From Bacilli bacterium (GTDB taxonomy: Bacteria; Bacillota_I; Bacilli_A; RF39; UBA660), in NCBI GenBank assembly GCA_045125935.1, contig JBGVNW010000068.1:133746-197745 (forward strand): a stretch of DNA of 64,000 nt, read 5' to 3'. How positions within the stretch are numbered: position 1 is the stretch's first letter; every line of letters starts with the position of its first letter. A program made the position numbers and the translations under genes. Below are positions 17,067-26,918 of the stretch, one piece after another. The notes under the pieces are model-generated. The model searched no databases. It had not been told where the DNA came from and saw only the letters and a program-made list of their open reading frames with translations.

Positions 17067-19286
17067 TTATTTATAAGAAATTGTCAATGTATCTGCATCC
17101 CAGTTTGTTTTACAGTGATATACATGATACTTGATAGCTGTGAAACCGTTTGCACCTTCAATATTTACTTCAGAGTGATTTGCAGTAAAGTTACCTGTGA
17201 TTGCAGAACCAAACTGAGCTTTAGAAGTAACTTCTTTAATTTCCTTTTGAGTTGCGATTACAACATCATACTCACCTGCAGGAACATCGAGAGTAGTTTT
17301 AGGACTTGCACCCAATGTCTTAACCAAACCAGATTCTGAATCTTCACCTGCATCACGGATAGAAGCACTTGTAAATTCTTCAAGTGGAGATGCCATAGCA
17401 CCCATCCAATAAGCACGAGCACCTGTTACAGTCTTGCTAGCAGTGCTTGTAAGTTTCTTTGATTCGGGAGCAGTATCTCCAATAATAGATGCACTAACTG
17501 TTTCTACAGGAACTTTTGTATTAGTAGAACCATATACAGTAACATCGTCAAATGCACCAGCATATGCATTTACACCAGATTGATCTACTTTAAATGTATT
17601 TGTTCCAACAATTGATACAGTATATTCAGTTGTACCATTTACATTAGCCACTTCTGTTCCGTTCCAATAAGTTTTAATAGAAGGAGTACCATCATAAGAA
17701 GGATCTACCGCATTAGCAGTTTGAGTTTTATTTCCAGAAACATAATCCCCAAATACAAGGTTGCCTTCAGAATCAGTTCCAGTTGATAGGAAGTAACCTG
17801 GATCACAAGTAAATAGACAAGTACGAGAATTGTTAGATACGGTATTAGTTGTGTTAGCAGTTGCTGTCAACTTAGTACCAACCTCAACAGTTCCAGATTG
17901 TGTAATAGATACAGATGGTGCAGAAAGTGAAGGATTCCAAGTAATGCTACCTTTTGTCACAGTACCATTAGTAACCTTAAGGAAGAGTGAAGTTAAAATT
18001 TCTTCCATAGTCTTACCAGCAGGAATCACCTTCTTGTCTCCGTCTTTCCAAGGCCAATTATCATTTGCATCATCTGCAAGAGGACCACCATTAACTTCAA
18101 TGCTTGTAGATAACTTAGTTTTAGAAGCATCTACTTCTTTAACAGAGAATGTTTTAGTTTCTGAGTTCAATTCAATTGAAGAACCGTCACCTTGATAGAT
18201 ATCAACATATTTTGTGAAATCTACTACAACATTTTCTTTACCAGCATCGGTATTGAAAGTGAATACAAGATTATTAGTTTTTACACCTTCAACTTCCTCA
18301 AATTCAACTTTATCAAGTATTCCATCAACGATGAAAGGAGAAGCATCAAAACCAGCACCAATTACATTACCGTCTTTATCAACGATATTGATATATTTAG
18401 TTTCTTCATTATATACTACATTAGCAGCCTGTGAAATACCTTCCAATGAACCGATACGATCTGACAAACCGTTAATCAATTCTGTATTAGCACCAGCAAC
18501 TTCGTTAGCGTGTGCGATAGCAGCAGATTGAGCAGCTTCTGCAGAACCAGCAGCATCAAATTTAGAATTACCTTCTTCGTCTGCTATCAAAGAATCAGCA
18601 TATGCTTTTGCGGTTGCTTCAGCGGCAGCCTGTGCATCGGCAGCAGAACCAGCAGCATCATAGTTTGTAGCAAGGCTATCAGCGTAGTCTTTAGCGGCTT
18701 CTTGTGCAGCGTTAGCAGCGTCAGCAGCAGTTTTCTTTACAGAACCTTCAACATCTACTTCACCATTAAGTTTTTCGATTGCAGTGACATTAGCATTAAC
18801 TTTATCAACTACAGCAACGAGACCGTTTTCACCACCAAGATTTTTTAAATCTTCAATTGTTCCTTCGAGTGTTGTAACTCTACCTTCAACACCAGCAATA
18901 TCACCAGCATTTTTAGATACCGAAGCGTCAATTGCTTTCAATTTGTTGGCGATTTCAACAAGTGTCATAAGATTAACACCTTCACCCAAAGATTCTAAAT
19001 TACCAATTGCACCATTGATAGCATCTTCAAGTTCAGCATCCTTTTCGTCAAGAGCACCTTGCTTTTCAACAATCTCTGCGATTGAAGCATAAATCTCATT
19101 AATTGCAGTTGCTATGTTTTTTTCATCTGAACCCTCGAAGTCAAGACTTCCGATTTTTGCATCCAAACCAGCGATGGCATCTGCCAACGATTGATTACCA
19201 GACGCAATTAAGCCTTTAATAAGTTCATCATACTTTCTTAAACCTTCAAGGTCTAAATACTGTTTAGTATTAATTAATTCGCTCAT
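17067..19286 (-). CDS. tail fibre protein
   Basis: The N-terminal KQYLDLEGLRKYDELIKGLIAS anchor motif, then an Ala-rich coiled-coil shaft and a large C-terminal beta-rich domain. Confidence 0.6.
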   Translation of the reverse strand: MSELINTKQYLDLEGLRKYDELIKGLIASGNQSLADAIAGLDAKIGSLDFEGSDEKNIATAINEIYASIAEIVEKQGALDEKDAELEDAINGAIGNLESLGEGVNLMTLVEIANKLKAIDASVSKNAGDIAGVEGRVTTLEGTIEDLKNLGGENGLVAVVDKVNANVTAIEKLNGEVDVEGSVKKTAADAANAAQEAAKDYADSLATNYDAAGSAADAQAAAEATAKAYADSLIADEEGNSKFDAAGSAEAAQSAAIAHANEVAGANTELINGLSDRIGSLEGISQAANVVYNEETKYINIVDKDGNVIGAGFDASPFIVDGILDKVEFEEVEGVKTNNLVFTFNTDAGKENVVVDFTKYVDIYQGDGSSIELNSETKTFSVKEVDASKTKLSTSIEVNGGPLADDANDNWPWKDGDKKVIPAGKTMEEILTSLFLKVTNGTVTKGSITWNPSLSAPSVSITQSGTVEVGTKLTATANTTNTVSNNSRTCLFTCDPGYFLSTGTDSEGNLVFGDYVSGNKTQTANAVDPSYDGTPSIKTYWNGTEVANVNGTTEYTVSIVGTNTFKVDQSGVNAYAGAFDDVTVYGSTNTKVPVETVSASIIGDTAPESKKLTSTASKTVTGARAYWMGAMASPLEEFTSASIRDAGEDSESGLVKTLGASPKTTLDVPAGEYDVVIATQKEIKEVTSKAQFGSAITGNFTANHSEVNIEGANGFTAIKYHVYHCKTNWDADTLTISYK

Positions 19287-19312
19287 GTTTTATTTTTTTT
19301 TATATATTATAT

Positions 19313-20455
19313 TTATGAAAATAAGCCATCTATGATAGAATGATCAATAGATTCTGGCTCAACCTTTGTTTGTTCAAGTTTATTAATTGCATTATTCATA
19401 TTTACAATAACTTGTTGTAAAGGAGCAGGTTTTATATCATCAGAATCGCTTGAAGAATCACTCTCACCATCAAGATCAATCATGATAGAATTTGCGAGAT
19501 TATCAATTTTATCATCTATCATAGTAAGATCATCTTCTGTTAAAACTCTTACATCTATATCTTTAAGGTATGCATATACTTCTGGCGAATATTCGATTCT
19601 ATATATATCAATAAGTTCATAGTCGCTATCAACAAATTGTCTTGATACATCACCATAAGAAATTGTCCAACCATCATTAAATTTGATATCAACACCAAAG
19701 CATACAGATGTTTCTTTTGCTATAGTGCCAGATATTTTAGAAAGACCAAGACTATTATCTGGGTCATTGATAGTCATCCAATTAACACCATTAGTATATA
19801 ATTCAATATATGATTCGCCACCTTTTGATAACTTCACAGATTCATAGTCAAAATTAGGATCTGAATCAAAAGAATTAACGCCTTTACTTGTATAAAAATA
19901 ATCTGCTTTAATATAATTTTCTACATTTACATAATCTTCAATTATTACATCTTGATTTTCTGCAATCATAAATCCTGAACCACCTTCTGGTGTGGTTTTT
20001 ATACCAACCTTATCCAATGATTTAGATGAAGAAACAGATATTTTTTTCCAATTATTGATATCCTTTGAATTAGATATACCTTTTGTTAAAAGAATATATA
20101 AAGATTCTTCAGATGTAACATATGCCATCATGCCCTGATATGGGAACATAATTGTTGTTCCATCTGTAAGATTTGATTCGGATTCAACAATGCGAACTGA
20201 ATAATCAATATTCACTTTCTTCCAACCATCTTCAACATTTGTTAATGATTGTGTTGCTCTTGCTGGTTTAGCATAGCATACATACAGCGATGAGTCTTCC
20301 AATACATATACAACCATACCAACATATGTTGTCTTTAATAATGTTGCTGGTTTAAGATCTTCAATAAATTCAACAACCATTCTAACATCTAACGGTTGTG
20401 CAGAACCTACATTAATTGGTTTAGCATTAATGCTACTACTATATACTCTTGCCAT
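19313..20455 (-). CDS. hypothetical structural protein
   Basis: ORF of 380 aa inside the fibre gene block. Confidence 0.45.
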   Translation of the reverse strand: MARVYSSSINAKPINVGSAQPLDVRMVVEFIEDLKPATLLKTTYVGMVVYVLEDSSLYVCYAKPARATQSLTNVEDGWKKVNIDYSVRIVESESNLTDGTTIMFPYQGMMAYVTSEESLYILLTKGISNSKDINNWKKISVSSSKSLDKVGIKTTPEGGSGFMIAENQDVIIEDYVNVENYIKADYFYTSKGVNSFDSDPNFDYESVKLSKGGESYIELYTNGVNWMTINDPDNSLGLSKISGTIAKETSVCFGVDIKFNDGWTISYGDVSRQFVDSDYELIDIYRIEYSPEVYAYLKDIDVRVLTEDDLTMIDDKIDNLANSIMIDLDGESDSSSDSDDIKPAPLQQVIVNMNNAINKLEQTKVEPESIDHSIIDGLFS

Positions 20456-20456
20456 A

Positions 20457-21032
20457 TTATAATTTCTTTATTGTTATTCTATATTTTAATGGTGCATATT
20501 GCACATCAGCACTACCATAATCATTATTATCACTAACTTGTCTAACATATGAATTATACTCAACACCATTTCTAATTATAGTAGAATATCTTGGATTTAC
20601 TTTAAACGGTTGTTGTACATAAGTACTTGTAAATGCTTCATCAAAATATTCAAAATTAGTTATATTATATTTAGTAGGAACATCCACAGTTAAAATAATA
20701 TCACAATACCCACCTTCATATCCTGGTATTTCTTCAGGACAAGTTAATTCAATAATGAATTCTCCATTATCATCTAATACTATTTCATATGGAACAAAAT
20801 ATATAATCTCATTTGTTTCAGTTCCATTTGTAAGATATCCATTACTGTATATATAATCAGCAGATGGTGTAGGTGTTGATGGAGTATCGCCAGATTCAAA
20901 TTGTAACTCATCAATTTTTCCAGCATAATCCTCAAACTTGACATTGGTCATGACAACTCCTTTATTTTCAAGTGCGGTTTTAATTGCTGTCTTGCAATCA
21001 TTTATTGCATTTAAATTATCTATCAAAGTCAT
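20457..21032 (-). CDS. hypothetical protein
   Basis: ORF of 191 aa abutting the neighbouring genes (1-4 nt gaps). Confidence 0.45.
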   Translation of the reverse strand: MTLIDNLNAINDCKTAIKTALENKGVVMTNVKFEDYAGKIDELQFESGDTPSTPTPSADYIYSNGYLTNGTETNEIIYFVPYEIVLDDNGEFIIELTCPEEIPGYEGGYCDIILTVDVPTKYNITNFEYFDEAFTSTYVQQPFKVNPRYSTIIRNGVEYNSYVRQVSDNNDYGSADVQYAPLKYRITIKKL

Positions 21033-21036
21033 AATA

Positions 21037-22260
21037 TTATGCTAAAATTGTATTTGTTATGTTTAGTGCTTCACCAAGAACAGAATTAATAGCATCAAAT
21101 TTACCATCAATTTCTTCTTTTGAATAATAGTTTTCCATTGAAGGAATATCCTCTGTTTTAGCATATCCTTCAAGTGAAGGAATATCTCCAATCTTAGCAA
21201 ATTCTTCAAAGTTAGGAAGATTTTCTTCTTTTACATATCCTTCTAATGAAGGAATTTCAATTTTAGAGATTTGTTCACCAACATATTCCTTTGTTGCATA
21301 AGCATCCAAATCAACACCTTCTGAACCAGAACCAGAACCAATTTTAGCATATGTTGCGTCTGCTTCTGATTTAGTCAAATAATTTTTGTCATTTTCCAAT
21401 TCAGAAACTTTAGTCGGAACATCAGGAATTTCTATTTTAGCAATTTCTTCACGAACAAATGATTCTTTTGCCAAACCTTCAATTGAAGGAATTTCTGCTT
21501 TTAACGCATAATCATTCAACTTGATTGCATCAACCTTATCCGACAATGCTTGAACATCAGAAGCATTTGCTTTGTTTTCAACTACTTGTGAAAGTTCATT
21601 AACAACATCAGCATCAGCCTTCAATGCAACATCGCTAACCAAATCTTCAACAACAGACTTATCTGCCTTTTCATCAAGTTCTGATTTGCTTGCTTTTGTT
21701 TCAACTGCTTGTGTTAAATCATCTACAATAGTTTGATTTGCTTTTGTAGAAATTTCTTGTTCCAAAGCATCAACAACAGTTTTGTCTGCTTTCAATTCAA
21801 CAGCCTGTGTTACAGCCTCAACTTCGGTCTTATCAGCCTTGTTATCAATGCTTTCAGCAGCAGAAGTAGCATTATCTGCTGCTACCTTTGCAGCATCAGC
21901 TGCCTCTTTTGCTTCTGTTGCTGTTTTCTTTGCGTCTGCCACAGCAGCATTTGCTTCACTGATAAGTTTTTCAACTTCCGCCAAAGCAGCATTTACATCA
22001 GCATCTCCTTTGAGATTTAGTTTTTGCAACTCACCACCCCAACAGAAAAACCACTCATCAGTGTCAGAAGTATGAAAAAATCTACCATCAACCTTATCTT
22101 TTGATTTAAGTTCCTTTATAATTTTAGAAGTACATTTACCAACTTCCATCGCTTCAACATCGATTAATCTATTGGTAAAAACTCTATACTCATAAGTAAT
22201 ATCGTTTTTCATCATTCTTTTTGTTTTTATATATTTTCTTATATATTTATGTAAAAACAA
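21037..22260 (-). CDS. fibre-like protein with Ala-rich coiled-coil shaft and IPSLEGY repeat module
   Basis: The C-terminal repeats IEIPSLEGYVKEENLPNFEEFAKIGDIPSLEGYAKTEDIPSMENY are shared with the protein at 37855-40611. The annotated first 15 codons translate an AT-rich promoter-like motif, so the real start is probably the MMKND Met at about 22215. Confidence 0.5.
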   Translation of the reverse strand: MFLHKYIRKYIKTKRMMKNDITYEYRVFTNRLIDVEAMEVGKCTSKIIKELKSKDKVDGRFFHTSDTDEWFFCWGGELQKLNLKGDADVNAALAEVEKLISEANAAVADAKKTATEAKEAADAAKVAADNATSAAESIDNKADKTEVEAVTQAVELKADKTVVDALEQEISTKANQTIVDDLTQAVETKASKSELDEKADKSVVEDLVSDVALKADADVVNELSQVVENKANASDVQALSDKVDAIKLNDYALKAEIPSIEGLAKESFVREEIAKIEIPDVPTKVSELENDKNYLTKSEADATYAKIGSGSGSEGVDLDAYATKEYVGEQISKIEIPSLEGYVKEENLPNFEEFAKIGDIPSLEGYAKTEDIPSMENYYSKEEIDGKFDAINSVLGEALNITNTILA

Positions 22261-22331
22261 ATATACATAAAAAAAATATACACACTATTTTCTTGTAATA
22301 ATATGTATATTTTTTTATTTTAAAATCTAAT

Positions 22332-22820
22332 TTATCTTATCGCTAAAGTTATTAATAATCCTAACCAACAACATATTTCACCATAATAAACAACATTTTT
22401 ATAATCAATACAAGTTAAGATTATAAATAATCCTATTCCAATACCTAAAGTCCACCAAAAACCATTTAATCCTAACCATAATAACATACATATACAAGTT
22501 ATTATAGATGATGTATAATGTACTGGTTTGTCAAGTCCTTCTTTAAACATTGGTGTAACTCCTGTAAATGCTAATCCAATCATTGATAAAAACTTTAAAA
22601 AATCCCAATCATCTCCACCAAACCATATCGGTAATATACACCCCGCAGTTATTAAACATAATAAAGTAAATAACCACTTTTTAGTATTTAACATATAAGC
22701 AGTTTCAGAAAGAGAATTAGGTATACCATATTTATATATAATATACCCATTATAGATTAAGAATAATAAAATATTTATGATTAAAATTGTTAACATATTA
22801 CTTATATTTAATTTATTCAA
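22332..22820 (-). CDS. integral membrane protein (about 5 TM helices)
   Basis: Hydrophobic throughout (LTILIINILLFLIYNGYIIY, FTLLCLITAGCILPIWFGG, and others). Confidence 0.5.
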   Translation of the reverse strand: MNKLNISNMLTILIINILLFLIYNGYIIYKYGIPNSLSETAYMLNTKKWLFTLLCLITAGCILPIWFGGDDWDFLKFLSMIGLAFTGVTPMFKEGLDKPVHYTSSIITCICMLLWLGLNGFWWTLGIGIGLFIILTCIDYKNVVYYGEICCWLGLLITLAIR

Positions 22821-22836
22821 TCAAAATATATTTAAA

Positions 22837-24354
22837 TTATTGATTTTTGGGAATTAATACATAACCACGGTCGTCTCCTGAATTTCCACTACTATCTTTT
22901 ATATATATAATTTGAATTCTATGAGATCCACTTGGTATATTAGTAAATTCTACTAATGTGTAATCATTAATAGTAGTTCCTGATTTTTGGTTGCCTCTTG
23001 TATGTGCTTTTACTAATGTAGTATCGCTATATGACGAACTATATGTTAATGTTTTATCTAATTGAGATACCATCACATAATCCCAACTAGATTCGGCATA
23101 ACTTCTTATATATAATTTAAAATTAGTACAACCATCTATATCAATATACATTGAGTCTCCACTATTATTCACTCCTTTATTAGCGTAACTTTGATATACA
23201 CCTTCGTATAATGAAGAATCTGGATTAGATATTGTACTTGATAATTGCCATTGAGAGTTAAGATTTACAGTATAAGAAGCATCAACCCACGGTCCTTGAA
23301 TAATAGTTGTTGTAGCAGTTACTCCCATATATGTATAAGAAACTGTTTTAGTTACTGAATTAGTAGTAGATGTATTTTGACCAACTTCTACTGTATCTTC
23401 ACCAGTTATTGTTTTAGTTATAGTGTTACCATCACCATCTAAACCTTTAACAGACGCTGTATAATATACTGTTGTTGAATTTGCTTTACCTGATATATCA
23501 TCTGCTTCAATTGAAAGTGATAAACATTCTTGTGGAGTAAATACATCAGGGTCATATAACACCACTGTCCAACCTGAGGGTACAGCATTTATGGAAGTTA
23601 TACTCCATGTGGTGTTCTTATTTTTCACAAATGTACCTAATGAGGCAACCATATATACCCAACTATCTGTATATGAATTTGATGGTTTCGTAGTAAACAT
23701 TGCTTTAATATAATTTAATTGCCTACAATAATTGAACATACTAACATAACACCTATCTACTAATGTTATAGCAGGTAACTCTGGTGCTGTGGTTAAGGAT
23801 GTACAATTTTTGAACATATATTCATAACAATTACTTGCTAATGTAGTAGCAGGTAATTCAGGTGCAGTTGTTAATGAAGTGCAGCCTTGGAACATATAAC
23901 CATAACAATAATATTCTAATGTAGTGGCAGGTAAGAAATTAGATGATACATTTTTAATAGTGCTACAATTATAAAATAATTTATAAAAAGCATAATTCTT
24001 ACCACTTAAACTTAAATTAGTTTTTGCATTATCTCCAAATAATAGAGACATACAATTACCAGTCAAATCACATGATTTTGATATTGTAAATGTACCCACA
24101 CCATTACTTGAAAATGGCGTTAAATTACCTCTAAAAGATAATGTTTGTCCTGTATTAATAGCAGGAGATGCAGTACCAGCTGTTAAAGTAGTCCAATTGC
24201 TGTTACCATCAATACAATATTCGACGTTTCTAGATAATTGTGCAGTTAACCCATCTTCAAGAGCAACGATTGTTAAGTAATTATCTATGTCAAACCCTCC
24301 CCCTTGACCAGCTGCTGTTGCTAATAAAGCACATCTTCTTATTTTATCATTCAT
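22837..24354 (-). CDS. repeat-containing tail/surface protein (DUF285-like 25-aa repeats)
   Basis: Repeats YCYGYMFQGCTSLTTAPELPATTLASNCYEYMFKNCTSLTTAPELPAITLVDRCYVSMF are encoded by three near-identical 75-nt DNA repeats at about 23758-23940. Confidence 0.5.
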   Translation of the reverse strand: MNDKIRRCALLATAAGQGGGFDIDNYLTIVALEDGLTAQLSRNVEYCIDGNSNWTTLTAGTASPAINTGQTLSFRGNLTPFSSNGVGTFTISKSCDLTGNCMSLLFGDNAKTNLSLSGKNYAFYKLFYNCSTIKNVSSNFLPATTLEYYCYGYMFQGCTSLTTAPELPATTLASNCYEYMFKNCTSLTTAPELPAITLVDRCYVSMFNYCRQLNYIKAMFTTKPSNSYTDSWVYMVASLGTFVKNKNTTWSITSINAVPSGWTVVLYDPDVFTPQECLSLSIEADDISGKANSTTVYYTASVKGLDGDGNTITKTITGEDTVEVGQNTSTTNSVTKTVSYTYMGVTATTTIIQGPWVDASYTVNLNSQWQLSSTISNPDSSLYEGVYQSYANKGVNNSGDSMYIDIDGCTNFKLYIRSYAESSWDYVMVSQLDKTLTYSSSYSDTTLVKAHTRGNQKSGTTINDYTLVEFTNIPSGSHRIQIIYIKDSSGNSGDDRGYVLIPKNQ

Positions 24355-24387
24355 ATTTTTAATATAATCTATTTATTTATAAATTAA

Positions 24388-24412
24388 GGATAGGAGAGCA
24401 AATCTCCTATCC
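24388..24412. other. conserved hairpin ggataggaga-gcaaa-tctcctatcc
   Basis: A perfect 10-bp stem; nearly the same sequence recurs as a terminator at 54569-54600. Confidence 0.45.
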
Positions 24413-24415
24413 ATA

Positions 24416-24937
24416 TTAGAACCTCAATTTTTCAGGATATCCATTTCTAAAGTCATAATTTTCAACTTCTTCAATAGTTTCCAATTTATCTACATTAGCA
24501 TAATGTAATTGAGTGTTATCATAACAAGCAGATGCATATACTTCAAGAGCATATAACATTTGTACTGCTGTGTTTAATTGAAGTGGGATTGACACTTCAC
24601 CATACCAAAGAACTGTATCCTGTTTCTTAACTGCTATTTCGGCATTAAAGCGAAGCATAAGACCTGTTCTAGTAGACTTATCCAACCACATTGGAACATC
24701 ATTTACATAAAATTCATTAACTTCTGAAGAACTATCATAATGCTCTATTTCTCTCTTTTTGTCTCTTTTTGCTCTTGCTAATAATTCTTCTTTTGTCGGT
24801 TCTGGAACTACATATAATTCCCAACCATCTTCTAAAAGCATTTCTGCGGTTGGATTGAAAGTAGTCATACCATCTTTATTTATTATGATATGTTTTCTAT
24901 TTTTGATTTTTCCTTCTTTAATAAATAATTCAGACAT
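24416..24937 (-). CDS. hypothetical protein
   Basis: ORF of 173 aa. Confidence 0.45.
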   Translation of the reverse strand: MSELFIKEGKIKNRKHIIINKDGMTTFNPTAEMLLEDGWELYVVPEPTKEELLARAKRDKKREIEHYDSSSEVNEFYVNDVPMWLDKSTRTGLMLRFNAEIAVKKQDTVLWYGEVSIPLQLNTAVQMLYALEVYASACYDNTQLHYANVDKLETIEEVENYDFRNGYPEKLRF

Positions 24938-24958
24938 AATATATTATTTTATTTTTTT

Positions 24959-26566
24959 TTACGAAACAGTTTTAAATGATGCACAAACAGCGCAATAATT
25001 GACAATGCTAACATGATATGTAGTGTTCGCTTCCCATGTTGGAATAGCACCATTAGCCCATTTAATATCAGATGGAAGAGATAATGTTGGAGCACTACTA
25101 CCAGACTTGAATTCAAAAGAATAAGACTTATTTGGTAGCAATACAGTGTTTACAGCTAATACAGTTATGCCAGGATTTACAAACACTGTGTGTACACCAG
25201 GAGTTAATATTGTCAAAACATTATGACTTATAGTTGATCCAGTATCTATATGCAATTCTGGAGAACTATCTGCGAAATAATTATTAGTCATTCTTAAATA
25301 AAACACTCTATTAACATACTCAACAATAAATTCATAATAACCAGAACTAAAAACTATACCAAAATCATAATCTTTATATTCAATGTTTCCTGATGTAAAT
25401 CTTCCTCCACTTACATTATTATTGATAGATATTTTTGCACCTTCTATTTTAGTGCCCTTATGATTTATAGTACAAGTCAAATTTCCCAAATAACTATTAC
25501 CATTAGAGAAATGGATCCAAACTCTACTACCTTTTGTTAAATTCACCCCCGATAAATCTATTATTTTTTCTGATGAATTAGCTGCAGAATCACAAGTTCC
25601 TAATAAACTAGCACCTCCATCAGTTACACCAGGAATATTACTAGAAATATTACCAACGGTTAATGTATCAGTTGATGGATTATACATAAACGTGGAACTA
25701 AACCTTGCAGCATCAGCACTAGATGTAGATTTATTAGCAGTTGATGAGTATAATACAGGATAAGTTGTATCTGTAGGAGCAGAATCGATTGTTTGTGCAA
25801 CTTTTGTATCCGTATCTCTTATGTTACCCAATACCTGCCATGCAGTTCCGTCATAAATAAATTCCACAACTGATCCAGCAGACCATTGTTGAGAGCTTGG
25901 GAAGATGTCATTTAAATATTTGATTTGAGCAGTCACATCCGCAACACTTAATTGTAATGATGTAGTGGCCGCGGAATTAGCATTTGTGAATTTAACAGCT
26001 ACTATCGATCCTGTTGATACTGTAAAATTACTATCTGCTAATGCAACTTCCTTTGTGCCAATATCAGGCGCAGTATCGCAAGTACCATAAGCATATGTTG
26101 ATGAACCACCAATTTCCGATAAGTCTATCAAACTCATAGCGATTGTAGAAACAGTGCCTGCGCTTGTGTTAAACGATATACGATGTTCTATATAATAATT
26201 ACCAAGTATACCCGATAAGAATATCTGTGACCCACCTGATTGTGTACGAATATTGATATTAGGAATAAACCAACCCTTACCGAAATTGATTCTTGCCCCA
26301 CACTTAATCGCAATCAACTTGTTAGCATTGTAAGCATCAATAATTGCTTGTACTTCAGCATCTGTATATATAGGCTCATCTGCAAGCATATCACCAGAAA
26401 TTTCGATTAATTCTACTTCATCAGGAATAGTAATATCCCCAGAACCGAATAAACTCTGACCATTAATTGTTTTTATTGACGATTCTCCATTCCAGTATTT
26501 AGCATCAATATCGTATGTTTCACCACCTTTTGATATTCCTTTTAATACTTTAATCTCTTCTGTCAT
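24959..26566 (-). CDS. fibre/receptor-binding-like structural protein
   Basis: The N-terminal SIKTINGQSLFGSGDITIP motif is shared with the protein at 42389-42766; the rest is beta-rich and T/S/N-rich. Confidence 0.5.
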   Translation of the reverse strand: MTEEIKVLKGISKGGETYDIDAKYWNGESSIKTINGQSLFGSGDITIPDEVELIEISGDMLADEPIYTDAEVQAIIDAYNANKLIAIKCGARINFGKGWFIPNINIRTQSGGSQIFLSGILGNYYIEHRISFNTSAGTVSTIAMSLIDLSEIGGSSTYAYGTCDTAPDIGTKEVALADSNFTVSTGSIVAVKFTNANSAATTSLQLSVADVTAQIKYLNDIFPSSQQWSAGSVVEFIYDGTAWQVLGNIRDTDTKVAQTIDSAPTDTTYPVLYSSTANKSTSSADAARFSSTFMYNPSTDTLTVGNISSNIPGVTDGGASLLGTCDSAANSSEKIIDLSGVNLTKGSRVWIHFSNGNSYLGNLTCTINHKGTKIEGAKISINNNVSGGRFTSGNIEYKDYDFGIVFSSGYYEFIVEYVNRVFYLRMTNNYFADSSPELHIDTGSTISHNVLTILTPGVHTVFVNPGITVLAVNTVLLPNKSYSFEFKSGSSAPTLSLPSDIKWANGAIPTWEANTTYHVSIVNYCAVCASFKTVS

Positions 26567-26666
26567 ATTTAATATTATTAATTATATATTTTATATATTT
26601 ATGTATTTTTTGTGTTATTATTATATAATAAATATAACAAAATAAGTTTTTTGTTATATTTTAATC

Positions 26667-26873
26667 ATGAGAGTTATAAGATTTTTAAAAGCAATAGTCA
26701 AATACATTTTATATGGACAGCAAACACCAATAGACACTTATATTAGTAGGTTATCTATTTGCAAATCGTGTAGCAATTTTAACAATGAGAAATGGACATG
26801 TAAAAAGTGTGGTTGTTATTTAGACAAGAAAGCAAAAATGAATACAGAGAGTTGTCCAGATGATAAGTGGTAG
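26667..26873 (+). CDS. small Cys-rich (zinc-ribbon-like) protein
   Basis: CKSCSNF...CKKCGCYLD...ESCPDD in 68 aa. Confidence 0.4.
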   Translation: MRVIRFLKAIVKYILYGQQTPIDTYISRLSICKSCSNFNNEKWTCKKCGCYLDKKAKMNTESCPDDKW

Positions 26874-26884
26874 TCGTCTGGACA

Positions 26885-26897
26885 TTTACATAAATAC
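26885..26897 (+). promoter_or_regulatory. TTTACATAAATAC motif upstream of 26919 gene
   Basis: Exact repeat of the motif at 4076-4088. Confidence 0.3.
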
Positions 26898-26918
26898 ATA
26901 TATATATCTTTTAGTAAA

